From: Promethearchaeota archaeon
Lineage (GTDB): Archaea; Asgardarchaeota; Lokiarchaeia; Sigyniarchaeales; SOKP01
Assembly (NCBI GenBank): GCA_030599585.1
Contig: JAUVNS010000007.1
Location: forward strand, 160,001-224,000
DNA length: 64,000 bases
Direction of reading: 5' to 3'
The notes beneath the pieces were generated by a model. The model was not told the DNA's origin and made no database searches. It was given only the letters and a program-made list of their open reading frames with translations. The stretch's first letter is position 1, and each line of letters starts with the position of its first letter. Shown one piece after another: positions 8,532 to 18,415 of the stretch. The position numbers and the translations under genes were made by a program.

Positions 8532-10712
8532 TTACTGATAAGGAGTTATAATATCAATTATTTTATGAAAATCGATTCCTAACTTTTTCACAGTCTCTAT
8601 AGTGGGACAACCGTTTTTACTCCAGCCTCGTTCAATGTAAACCGCATCTTGGAGCTTGGTATACTGTTCTTCTCTGTGTTTACGAAGAATTTTGATTTTT
8701 TCTTCTGTAGATTTACCTTCAATATCATTCTTCATCTCCTTTAACTGAGTATCGTATCTTTCTGCTCGACTTTCGTATTCAAGTGGCGTGACAGGTCCAA
8801 CAGCCCTATATGGTAAATTAGAATCGTGTTCTCGAAGACCTTTACCCTGTCTGATGTTAAATATTCTTTGAAAGTTATACACTCGTTCTGACATTAAAAG
8901 AAGATCGTCTATTGTCGATTCTCGCCCTGTAACTGCTGAGAAATATTCTGTATACCATTTTACGTGATCAGGAATTTTAGCGCGGACTAGTTCCCCCGTT
9001 TTAGGGTCTTTGATAGGGTAATCTGCTTGACTTGTTGGTTGGATATCGTTCCAAGGTAGTTTACATAAACCGCATAATCCAAACCAAGTTCTCCATATTG
9101 GGAAATACTGTAGAGCTTTAGCTTTATCCTGAAATGTTGGAATCGAATTTCGAATAACATCATCAAATATAAGCCATGCTTCGTCGTGTTGTGGACCCTT
9201 ATTTGCTAATCCATACCCACCTTGTTGTGCCAACGATTCTTTGGTTACATACTCAGAAAATTCTAATCCCTTGTGTTCCATACCGATATCTTGAACAAAT
9301 TGCGGATCTGCCCCATAGTTTTCGACAAAATATTGTTTCATCTGTTTAATGCCCTTACCAACGATAACTCCAAAGCCTTCCCCTTTAGCCATTTGATGAA
9401 TTAACTCAACTGCAGCTTCAACACTTCCAAAGTTTAATTCCAAACCTCCGGTTTTTTCTTTGTTTAAAATACCCGCCTCAAAACACTCCATTACGAACGC
9501 TATCCCTGTACCAACTGATATAGTATCTAAACCGTAAGTATCGCAATAGAAATTTACTTCTAAAACCCATTGTGGGTCCCATACGCCCCAATTTGAGCCA
9601 CAACCCGCTATTGTCTCGTATTCTGGACCATCAACAATTAATTTTTGCCCTTTAAAAGGACCTGTGCGAACTTCGTATCCCTCTGAATAGTGGGAACAAC
9701 TTACAGTGCATCCAATCCAACATCCATCTCCTCCTTCTTTTCCAGAGTAAATACCCCTCATAATTTCTCTATTGTAGGGAATGTCTTTCCCTCGAATTTC
9801 TCGATGAGCTCCGAAACGAAAGTTTTCGGTTGGTAAAAGATCTGTAACATTCATAATATCAGGAAGATGCCCCGTTCCAACTCTGCGCATTTCGTTCTGC
9901 ACAGGATCAAGTTTAATTATTTCTTGAGTGTGTGCTCTCCCTATTTTTCTAGCTTCTTCTAAATTAGCGGGATTATTCGATCCGACTGAAACTTTTGGAG
10001 AACGACACACCAAAGCTTTAATATTTTTATCAGCAAAAACGGTACCGATTCCCCCTCTTCCAGCTTGTTTGTTTGACGCCCATTTACGACCTGGAACATA
10101 CCACGAAAAGTTTAACAAGCCCCAATTGGTATATTTAGCTGCAGGGCCAGTACTTACAATGGAAACTCGTTGTTTATCACGATCATCTTCTGCGTAATGT
10201 TCTGTGAGCTGCTGGGTCAATTCATGAGAGAAATTTGATAATTCTTCAGATTCTTCAATGCTTTTGATTTGAATAAGACCCTTAACGCCATCAATAAGCA
10301 CAATAACTTCTTGTTGAGACTTCCCTTGAATTTCAAGCGCATCGAACCCTGAGAATTTTAAATACGGTCCGAAATAACCGCCCACATTAGAGTCAACTAT
10401 CATATCTGTCAAGGGAGATATTGTCGTAACTATTGATTTTCCCGATCCTGGATAAAAGATATTTCCTCCTAACGGTCCTGAAGAAATACATATTTCGTTT
10501 TCAGGATCGTTCCATTTTACTATTTTATCTTGCGGGAGTCCATTCCACATAAGCCAAAGGTCGAAACCTTTCCCTCCAATAAAATTCTCTTTCATCCCAT
10601 CGGTAACTGGCTTTATCTGAATCTCGTTATTAGTGAGATTAATATAGAGAGTTCTGTTAGTATACCCTCTTTGGACTTCGTGAATACCATATTTCATTTC
10701 TGCCAAAATCAT
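8532..10712 (-). CDS. aor: Aldehyde:ferredoxin oxidoreductase (tungstopterin AOR family)
   Basis: FIGGKG, DSNVGGYFG, AGRGGIG, CWIGCTVSC, GPEYET, CDTYGLDTIS, CGLCKL. Confidence 0.88.
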   Translation of the reverse strand: MILAEMKYGIHEVQRGYTNRTLYINLTNNEIQIKPVTDGMKENFIGGKGFDLWLMWNGLPQDKIVKWNDPENEICISSGPLGGNIFYPGSGKSIVTTISPLTDMIVDSNVGGYFGPYLKFSGFDALEIQGKSQQEVIVLIDGVKGLIQIKSIEESEELSNFSHELTQQLTEHYAEDDRDKQRVSIVSTGPAAKYTNWGLLNFSWYVPGRKWASNKQAGRGGIGTVFADKNIKALVCRSPKVSVGSNNPANLEEARKIGRAHTQEIIKLDPVQNEMRRVGTGHLPDIMNVTDLLPTENFRFGAHREIRGKDIPYNREIMRGIYSGKEGGDGCWIGCTVSCSHYSEGYEVRTGPFKGQKLIVDGPEYETIAGCGSNWGVWDPQWVLEVNFYCDTYGLDTISVGTGIAFVMECFEAGILNKEKTGGLELNFGSVEAAVELIHQMAKGEGFGVIVGKGIKQMKQYFVENYGADPQFVQDIGMEHKGLEFSEYVTKESLAQQGGYGLANKGPQHDEAWLIFDDVIRNSIPTFQDKAKALQYFPIWRTWFGLCGLCKLPWNDIQPTSQADYPIKDPKTGELVRAKIPDHVKWYTEYFSAVTGRESTIDDLLLMSERVYNFQRIFNIRQGKGLREHDSNLPYRAVGPVTPLEYESRAERYDTQLKEMKNDIEGKSTEEKIKILRKHREEQYTKLQDAVYIERGWSKNGCPTIETVKKLGIDFHKIIDIITPYQ

Positions 10713-10845
10713 AGATTTTCACTCAATTTATTTAAGATTATAATATTAAAAACATGACTTTAAACTATGGTTGATTTAATGAGACTTTAGAATTAAATAT
10801 TATTTAACTAAGTTTAAAAAAGGATTGTAAAAAATAGAAATAATT

Positions 10846-11409
10846 TTAAATCATTCTAGCTAACTCATTAGCCCAATTACGAATCTCATCCCAATTTCTT
10901 GAATCGTAAACTCCTGGCTCTGTTTCTTTAATTCCTGCCGGGAGGAAATTGTCTTTTTCTGACTCTAAGAATTTTTGATAAATTTTACCTATCTGATTAT
11001 AATCCCAGATACCACCAAACATAGTCATCGAGATTGGATTCAAATTATATTTAGAAGCTTTATCCTCAAGATATTTTTTGGAAATTCTAATAATTTCATC
11101 ATGTTCTCCTTTATATTCCATGAGCGCTCGCGCTCCTGAAGACACGAAGATTGCTACTTTCATTTTCTTGAGCTCACCGCTAAACTTGTTTAAAAATGCT
11201 TTAGCTTTACTCGTCCACATTTCCATTTTCATTCCACTCCCAATTATAACAAGTTCAAATTTTGAGATATCTTTGATCTTCTCTTCTTTGAGATTTACAA
11301 CTCTTACCTCAAATCCTTTACCTTGAAGAACTTTAGCAATTTCTTCCGAGGTACTAGTTGTCGCTCCATAACGAGTACCATATGCAATTAATATATTGGT
11401 TTTTTCCAT
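10846..11409 (-). CDS. Flavodoxin-domain protein (HemG/Flavodoxin_5-like)
   Basis: IAYGTRYGAT FMN loop; C-terminal DSRNWDEIRNWA. Confidence 0.82.
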   Translation of the reverse strand: MEKTNILIAYGTRYGATTSTSEEIAKVLQGKGFEVRVVNLKEEKIKDISKFELVIIGSGMKMEMWTSKAKAFLNKFSGELKKMKVAIFVSSGARALMEYKGEHDEIIRISKKYLEDKASKYNLNPISMTMFGGIWDYNQIGKIYQKFLESEKDNFLPAGIKETEPGVYDSRNWDEIRNWANELARMI

Positions 11410-11524
11410 TTTTTTTCCCTCTTTAAAAATTAGGACAATTGGACTATGATTAAATAATCAAACAAAGCTTCTTAATCTTACAACAAAAATTTATAATTAA
11501 AAAATTAGGTAGAATAAAAAATTA

Positions 11525-12865
11525 TTATTTAAGATATTTTGTTATAAATTTATCTAAAGTTTCTTCAATTGTTGGGCTGTTAACGGCTTCTATATCGTAC
11601 GAAACTCTAATAATAGGCTTATTGCTATTAATTAATTTTTCAAGATCGATCGGGCTACCATCAATTATAAATTCACATTCTGCTTTATTGAGTGTTTCTT
11701 CCATGTCTTTAATCTGTTGGTCGTTGTATCCCATAGCTGGAACAATCTGTGTGATCTGTGGAAACTCTTCAAAGACTTTTTTCATTGTACCTACAATGTA
11801 CGGTTTAGGATCAACGATAATAGCACCACTATTGGTTGCTGCGACAAAACCGGCACCGTAAGACATGCTTCCGTGAGTCAAAGTTGGACCATCTTCTACA
11901 ACGATCACTTTCTTACCCTTCAAATCGTGGTTTCCTTCAATAGTTACGACCGAATTAGTATAAATTTTCGCCGCAAGAGGGTTTAATTCTTTTAGATTAG
12001 CTTCAACAATTTTAACATCTTCAGGTTTAGCATTATTCATTTTATTAATTACAAATGCGTCAGCAGATCGAGCGTTCACTTCACCGGGATGGTATTTCAT
12101 TTCGTGACCGGGTCTCAATGGATCCACTACGATAAAGAGTAAATCTGGAACGTAAAACGATAGCTCGTTGTTTCCACCATCAAAAATAATTACATCCGCT
12201 TCTTTTTCTGCCTCTCTAACAATTTTTTCGTAATCTACTCCGGAGTAAATCACAAGTCCCTGCTCGATATATGGTTCATATTCCTCTCGTTCTTCAATTG
12301 TACAGTTGTATTTATCTAAATCTTCATACTTCTCAAAACGCATGACATTTTGCTTTATTAAATCCCCATAAGGCATAGGTTCTCGTACTGCTACAACTTT
12401 ATACCCCTTACTCATTAAATACCTGTAAGTTGCTCGAGAGACCTGACTTTTACCACATCCAGTTCTAACTGCACATATAGCTACAACAGGCTTATTAGAT
12501 TTAATTTGTGTAAACTTTCCCGAAATTAATCGATAATTCGCCCCAGCAGATAGCACCCGAGAACCCTTATGCATTAATTCTTCGTGCGAAACATCAGAAT
12601 AGGCAAACACCACTTCATCTATCTGATGATGTTTAATTATTTCTTCAAGGTGTTCTTCGGGAAGCATTGGGATGCCTTTTGGATATAAATTACCTGCTAA
12701 TTCCGCAGGGTATTTCCTTTCCGCCCCCTCAATTGTTCCTACATTCTGTTCTCCAGCGATAGTGAATGCGATAACCTCGTATTCTTCGTTGTCTCGAAAA
12801 ACAGTGTTAAACACGTGGAAGTCCATTCCTAAAGCTCCAATAATAACAACTTTCTTTTTCTGCAT
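11525..12865 (-). CDS. arcE: Arginine synthetase (ArcE)-like P-loop protein (cyclic 2,3-diphosphoglycerate synthetase-like family)
   Basis: YPAELAG.LYP.GIP, FAYSDVSH, P-loop AVRTGCGKS, TIEEREEYEP, DGGNN, EDGPTLTHG, PAMGY; clustered with arcB/arcC/rocD. ATG at 12865 preferred over TTG at 12874. Confidence 0.78.
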   Translation of the reverse strand: MQKKKVVIIGALGMDFHVFNTVFRDNEEYEVIAFTIAGEQNVGTIEGAERKYPAELAGNLYPKGIPMLPEEHLEEIIKHHQIDEVVFAYSDVSHEELMHKGSRVLSAGANYRLISGKFTQIKSNKPVVAICAVRTGCGKSQVSRATYRYLMSKGYKVVAVREPMPYGDLIKQNVMRFEKYEDLDKYNCTIEEREEYEPYIEQGLVIYSGVDYEKIVREAEKEADVIIFDGGNNELSFYVPDLLFIVVDPLRPGHEMKYHPGEVNARSADAFVINKMNNAKPEDVKIVEANLKELNPLAAKIYTNSVVTIEGNHDLKGKKVIVVEDGPTLTHGSMSYGAGFVAATNSGAIIVDPKPYIVGTMKKVFEEFPQITQIVPAMGYNDQQIKDMEETLNKAECEFIIDGSPIDLEKLINSNKPIIRVSYDIEAVNSPTIEETLDKFITKYLK

Positions 12866-12998
12866 ATGATACAAACCATTCTAATAGTATTCTTTACTTT
12901 CTTATGTTAATTAATTTGGGATATGTAATAATAGTTATTGAAAGTATTACGGGAATGACAACCCATTCATTAATTTTTGTAAACCTATTGTAGGAATG

Positions 12999-14117
12999 CT
13001 AATCATTAATTACCAGAGGTGGGAGATATATTTCTCTTAGCTCTGTTTGTTCTAATATTCTAGCATTTTCGGAACAATGGTGAACACAGACTCCACAACC
13101 TATACATTTATTTTTATCATCATATGCAATCCCATCAATCAATGAAACTGCCTCGATCGGGCATTTATCGACACAGATTCCGCAACCAACACACTTGTTT
13201 TCATCTACTTTCGCAATGTAGGATGTCAAAGTATGAAATGATAAAATTCCTCTATAATAAGTCTGAAAAAGAATGCAACAACACTTACAACAATTACATA
13301 TAGCGTTTTCTTTTTGATCGAGACTAAATTCATCATGAAAAGTCTTATGAACAAGCCCTTCTTCTTCGGCTTCTAATAATATTCTCTTAGCTTCATCTTT
13401 AGACACAGGTTTACCCAAACCATGATCTATAAAATATCGACCCATATTTCCAAAATGAAAGCATCTAAATCTATCACTTGCTGTTTTACAAGTTTCACCT
13501 AATAAACTCTTTTGAAGCTTACATGGACACTCCGAAAGAGATATAATTTCTTGTTCATCTATGATCCTCGAAGCTTCATGTAAAGGTAATACTGTTTCCT
13601 GTGGAACAGATATTTCCTTTTCAATCGGAATAATTCGTGCAAAAATTGGCAATCTCTCTTTGAAAATTGGTAATAATCCCTCATAATTCGCTTGAACCAT
13701 TTCAGTCGTTTCCTTAAACATTTTTTCAAAAATTTTAGCCAATTTTTGCTTCTGTTCAAATGGTCGGTCTCCGATGAGGGAATATTCAAATATATCTGCA
13801 ACCGGCGGCAATAGACGATATTCCATCATATTACTACCTTCAATTGGCTTATCCATAATGATTCCATTATCCATTAAGGAATCTAATATTTCTTTTAATC
13901 TGGTATCATTTAATTCAGTTTTTTCTTTTAACTCTTGAAAAGTCAATATGGGTTTTCTAAAATTAAGCAAAAATTTGACTTCTTCTTCATTCAAAAGAGT
14001 TTTTAAGATTTCAACTAATGTCTCGTTAGCTTGAAAGAGAGGATTCCCGCTTGCCCTTACAATTAATTTAGCAGCTTTATACCAAACCTTTTCTGACATA
14101 ATTAACTCTATCCACAA
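12999..14117 (-). CDS. 4Fe-4S binding protein with N-terminal HTH-like region and Cys-rich cluster
   Basis: ECPCK..C..C, ICNCCKCCC, CVGCGICVDKCP, CIGCGVCVHHC. Confidence 0.78.
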   Translation of the reverse strand: MWIELIMSEKVWYKAAKLIVRASGNPLFQANETLVEILKTLLNEEEVKFLLNFRKPILTFQELKEKTELNDTRLKEILDSLMDNGIIMDKPIEGSNMMEYRLLPPVADIFEYSLIGDRPFEQKQKLAKIFEKMFKETTEMVQANYEGLLPIFKERLPIFARIIPIEKEISVPQETVLPLHEASRIIDEQEIISLSECPCKLQKSLLGETCKTASDRFRCFHFGNMGRYFIDHGLGKPVSKDEAKRILLEAEEEGLVHKTFHDEFSLDQKENAICNCCKCCCILFQTYYRGILSFHTLTSYIAKVDENKCVGCGICVDKCPIEAVSLIDGIAYDDKNKCIGCGVCVHHCSENARILEQTELREIYLPPLVIND

Positions 14118-14259
14118 GAGATTAATAATATATCTATCTCTTTTTAATTAATATTTATAGCTATAGTTTCTTTAACTCTTCCCATTTTTAAAAATTAAAA
14201 CCATTTTTCGCTATTACATCTCGATACCAAAGAGAGCTAAAGAGAGATTTATAATGATT

Positions 14260-14667
14260 TTAGTATTGTATAATTGCTAGATCTTTAATTCTTTCAAAAT
14301 GATTTACATTTTTAGTTATTATTTTCTTTATCCCATTTGATAACATAATACCCGCAATAAGGATGTCGTTGTCATCAATTCTCTGACCTTGGGATTCTAA
14401 ATTATCGTAGATTTCAGCTGCCATTTCAGCTTCCTTATATCCTAAAGGGAAGATTTCCATGCTGCTAATAAAGTCTGTCCATATTTTATAAAGCTGATTG
14501 TATCTATTTGTGGATAATTTTCTTTTGGTGCGCTCTAAGCCAATATTGATTTCATACACCGTAATTGCTGTAATATGAATTAAATCTTCTTGTTTAGAGA
14601 TACTTTTTTTAATTTCTTTATTACCATTAAGGTAATCAACACATGCAGATGTATCTAATATGATCAT
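14260..14667 (-). CDS. vapC: VapC PIN-domain toxin
   Basis: IILDTS, ITVYE, DDNDILIAG, ITKNVNHF; ATGA overlap with the antitoxin gene. Confidence 0.9.
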   Translation of the reverse strand: MIILDTSACVDYLNGNKEIKKSISKQEDLIHITAITVYEINIGLERTKRKLSTNRYNQLYKIWTDFISSMEIFPLGYKEAEMAAEIYDNLESQGQRIDDNDILIAGIMLSNGIKKIITKNVNHFERIKDLAIIQY

Positions 14668-14903
14668 TTAATCTCACCGATTTCGGAGTTTTTCCACCTA
14701 CGACCGGGACGATTCGTAATATCATTCCAAATTTCACTTTTTTCTTTTGCCGAAAGGTTCCATGTTCCGAAGGTCTTTTCCATCTTCAGTTTTTGAATTT
14801 TTAGCAATCGTAAGAAAAGTTCAGAAAAGCTTTCGTTCTCCCTTTTAATTTTCATTAATTTCTTATATACGTCTTCAGTAATACTAATATTTTTGGATGT
14901 CAT
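14664..14903 (-). CDS. vapB: Archaeal VapB-type antitoxin
   Basis: MTSKNISITEDVYKKL..IKRENESFSEL pattern. True start probably ATG at 14903, not 14927. Confidence 0.85.
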   Translation of the reverse strand: MTSKNISITEDVYKKLMKIKRENESFSELFLRLLKIQKLKMEKTFGTWNLSAKEKSEIWNDITNRPGRRWKNSEIGEIK

Positions 14904-14934
14904 ATGTATATATGTATACATACACATATTTAAG
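14902..14934 (-). promoter_or_regulatory. Putative vapBC promoter with palindromic operator
   Basis: Perfect 12-bp palindrome TATGTATACATA (14911-14922) flanked by ATATGT/ACATAT; TATA-like TTAAATA about 24 nt upstream of the vapB ATG. Confidence 0.55.
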
Positions 14935-15008
14935 GATTTATTATAAACAATTCTTTATCCTTACCGATTCAAATATAGAGAAATAGAATAGAAAAAAGAA
15001 AAAGGATA

Positions 15009-17255
15009 TTATAATGCATCGAGCGCAGTATTAAAAGTCTCGCTCGGACGCATCATTTTCTCGGTAATTTCATCATCAGGTTTATAATAACCTTTCAAAT
15101 CTACCGGTGTCCCTTGAACAGCGAGTAACTCTTCGGTAATTTTGGCTTCATTTTCTGTCAATACTTGGGCAAGAAGTGCAAATCGGGCTTTCATATCAGC
15201 ATCCTTATCTTGAGTAGCGAGAGCTTGAGCCCAATACATTGTTAAATAGAACTGGCTGCCGCGATTGTCTATTTCATTGACTTTTCGGGAGGGAGATTTA
15301 TTTTCATTCAAATATTTCTCAACCGCCTGATCTAATGTTTCCGCCAGCAATATAGCTTTAGAATTATTTAATCGTCGACCAAAGTGTGTGAATGAATTTG
15401 CTAATGCAAGAAATTCACCCAATGAATCCCATCGCAAGTGATTTTCGCTTATAAATTGTTTAACGTGTTTTGGCGCACTTCCACCGGCTCCAGTCTCGAA
15501 TAATCCTCCTCCTGCCATTAATGGAACAGTTGAGAGCATTTTTGCACTGGTGCCAACTTCAAGGATTGGAAACAGATCAGTAAGATAATCTCGTAATACA
15601 TTACCAGTAACTGCGATAATATTCTTTCCTTCACTAATTGATTCACATGCATTTCGGGTAGCATCTTCCAGGTTCATTATTTTTATATCTAAACCGGCAG
15701 TGTCATGGTCTTTCAGATAAAGATTCACTTTCTTTATCAATTCAGCATCGTGGGCTCGGTTTTCATTCAACCAGAATATAGTTGGGTAACTGGTGAGTTT
15801 AGCTCGCTTTACCGCCAATCCAACCCAATCTTGGATCGGTAAGTCTTTAGTTTGGCACATGCGGAAGAAATCTCCTTCTTCAACAGGGCGTTCCAATAAA
15901 ATTTCACCATTTTCTGCCACTACACGAACATTTCCTTTGCTTTTTAATTCAAAAGTTTTGTTATGAGATCCATATTCTTCAGCTTTTTCAGCCATTAAGC
16001 CTATGTTTTGTACGGTTCCCATTGTTGTAACATCAAAGGCTCCATGCTCTTTACAATAATCAATGGTGATTTGGAAAACACTGGCATAGCTCGAATCGGG
16101 AATGACAAATTTAGTATCATACGCTTTTCCATCGGGACCCCACATTTGACCGCCGTTCCGAATTGCTGCCGGCATTGATGCATCGATAATCACATCGGAG
16201 GGGACATGTAAATTGGTTATCCCTTTATCAGAATCTACCATCGCTAATTTTGGCCGAGTCGCATAGCAAGCCTCGATATCATCTGCAATTTCCTTTTGCT
16301 TCTCAGAGGATAATTCTTTAATTTTAGCGTATAGTTCACCCAGACCATTTCGGGGGCTAATTGCAAGCTGTTTGAAGGTTTCTGCATATTTTTCATATAT
16401 TTCTTTGAAATAGATCGATACAACGTGGCCGAATATGATTGGATCGGAGACCTTCATCATGGTTGCCTTAAGATGAACTGAGAATAAGATATCCTGTTCT
16501 TTAGCATCTTTGACCTGTTCTTCCAAGAAAAATCTAAGCAATTTCTTGCTCATTATGGAAGCATCTATGATTTCACCTGGAATTAAAGCCAATTTGTCCT
16601 TCAAAACTGTTTTTTTATCCGTAGTGTCGATAAATTCAATTGTTGAATCTCCTGCCGTTTGTTCCGTAATGGTAGCTGAGATTTCGGTTGATCGTAAGTC
16701 GCCTTCCTGCATGGTGGTTACATGAGATTTGGAGTCTTTTGTCCAAATACCCATGGAATGTGGATTTTTTTTCGCAAAATTTTTGACCGGTCCTGGAACT
16801 CTCCTATCTGAATTTCCCATACGGGTTACTGGGTTTACAGCACTTCCCTTCACAATATTAAATTTCTTCAAGATCGCCTTTTCTTCATCGGTTTCCGGAT
16901 CAATTGGATAATTGGGGACATTATATCCCTTTTCTTGGAGTTCTTTAACAGCTGCATTAATTTGTGGGATTGAAGCACTAATATTTGGAAGTTTAATGAT
17001 ATTAGCTTCGGGTTTTTTGACCAATTCTCCAATCTCATTCAAATCATTGGATTGTTTTTGTTCTTCTGTCAAATATTCCGGGAAATTTGCAAGAATTCGA
17101 CCCGCTAGAGAAATATTCCTTGTTTCTACGGGGATTCCTGCTACACTAGCGAATTTTTTCACAATTGGGAGGAAAGAGTAGGTGGCTAACCGTGGGGCTT
17201 CATCCACAATTGTGTAGATTATTTTTTCATTCGATTGACTCATGAGTTTCATCAC
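15009..17255 (-). CDS. icd: Monomeric NADP-dependent isocitrate dehydrogenase
   Basis: [61 protein letters not shown]; about 745 aa. Confidence 0.95.
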   Translation of the reverse strand: MMKLMSQSNEKIIYTIVDEAPRLATYSFLPIVKKFASVAGIPVETRNISLAGRILANFPEYLTEEQKQSNDLNEIGELVKKPEANIIKLPNISASIPQINAAVKELQEKGYNVPNYPIDPETDEEKAILKKFNIVKGSAVNPVTRMGNSDRRVPGPVKNFAKKNPHSMGIWTKDSKSHVTTMQEGDLRSTEISATITEQTAGDSTIEFIDTTDKKTVLKDKLALIPGEIIDASIMSKKLLRFFLEEQVKDAKEQDILFSVHLKATMMKVSDPIIFGHVVSIYFKEIYEKYAETFKQLAISPRNGLGELYAKIKELSSEKQKEIADDIEACYATRPKLAMVDSDKGITNLHVPSDVIIDASMPAAIRNGGQMWGPDGKAYDTKFVIPDSSYASVFQITIDYCKEHGAFDVTTMGTVQNIGLMAEKAEEYGSHNKTFELKSKGNVRVVAENGEILLERPVEEGDFFRMCQTKDLPIQDWVGLAVKRAKLTSYPTIFWLNENRAHDAELIKKVNLYLKDHDTAGLDIKIMNLEDATRNACESISEGKNIIAVTGNVLRDYLTDLFPILEVGTSAKMLSTVPLMAGGGLFETGAGGSAPKHVKQFISENHLRWDSLGEFLALANSFTHFGRRLNNSKAILLAETLDQAVEKYLNENKSPSRKVNEIDNRGSQFYLTMYWAQALATQDKDADMKARFALLAQVLTENEAKITEELLAVQGTPVDLKGYYKPDDEITEKMMRPSETFNTALDAL

Positions 17256-17569
17256 ATTTTGAATAAATTAATAGTTGTTTTTAATCCTAATAAGGTTATT
17301 TTATCGTTCATACATATTGCCTTTTTTTTGTAATTTTAAAAAAATTATTTTCTATGTATGTGAATTTCTAATCTCTTAAAAAGTGAACTGATTAATTTAC
17401 TCCCACAAATATCCCCTAACTGAATTAGGAACTATAAGCAATTTCTATTTAATCCCCAAAAAAGAGCTTGGAATTATGTATATTGATGAATACCGATGTT
17501 TAAAATTAAGTAATTATTATAAAATCTTAACCTATAAAATCGTCTAGCTTTTCATTAGGAAAATATAAG

Positions 17570-18343
17570 ATGTTGATACTCATATTAATTACCTGTTTTG
17601 CCATATTTGGCGGAATAATGATTGGAATTTATTTGATCAAATATAGAAGGCTCCCTATTGACGATTGGAAACCGGGTGCCGCATGGACACGAGCACTAAT
17701 CTATTTTTCCTTCTGTAATATTTTTACTGCTGCTTCTGGAACGCTTGAACAAATATTTAGTAGACCCTTATTCACTGCAGAACAAATCTCAAACCTCTTT
17801 TGGATATTTTATTTAATATTTTGCTTTATATTTGTTTTTATTGCATATGCGATCATTTGGCCCCGCAGTACTCTTACTTTTGACCGAAAATATTATCTTG
17901 GCTCAGAAATTGTGTTTGGTGTTATTTGGGGTTTTAGTACTGGGGGAATTCTTCTTTCGTTTTATCACCTTTGGAGTATGACAGGTATTCCTCCATGGGT
18001 TTCTTACATTTTAAGCCTTAGTTGCATTAGCGCGTGGCAGTATTTCATACACGCTTATTTCTGGGATATTTATGTTAGTCCCGAGCATGACACGCCTAAA
18101 TCGATTCTAATTAAAACTTTTGCCTGCCACATTCCCAATACAATAATTAGTTTTAGTTTTCTCACTATTTGGGGTAATTATGCTATATTTATCTTTCTCT
18201 TCATTATAGCATTGCTCTCATCAACTATTGCCCAAAGATTTCCCGCTCCATGGGCTAAAGGTAACTTTCACGCTCCTATGTTCAAACCTGGAATCTTTGG
18301 TTTACCTTTAGGTTCAGGGTATGAAGTGAAAAAGGAAACTTGA
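17570..18343 (+). CDS. Hypothetical multi-pass membrane protein
   Basis: About 7 hydrophobic segments; FWDIYVSPEHD segment; no family recognised. Confidence 0.7.
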   Translation: MLILILITCFAIFGGIMIGIYLIKYRRLPIDDWKPGAAWTRALIYFSFCNIFTAASGTLEQIFSRPLFTAEQISNLFWIFYLIFCFIFVFIAYAIIWPRSTLTFDRKYYLGSEIVFGVIWGFSTGGILLSFYHLWSMTGIPPWVSYILSLSCISAWQYFIHAYFWDIYVSPEHDTPKSILIKTFACHIPNTIISFSFLTIWGNYAIFIFLFIIALLSSTIAQRFPAPWAKGNFHAPMFKPGIFGLPLGSGYEVKKET

Positions 18344-18415
18344 TCGAATTGCTCAACCTATAAATTTTTTATATTAAAAAGAAAAAAGTAAAAAATATTT
18401 TAGATATTATCTAAA

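Noticed and set aside
11525-12874. Annotation as cyclic 2,3-diphosphoglycerate synthetase or generic GTPase
   Set aside because: No 2-phosphoglycerate kinase nearby; motifs and the arcB/arcC/rocD context favour the ArcE subfamily.
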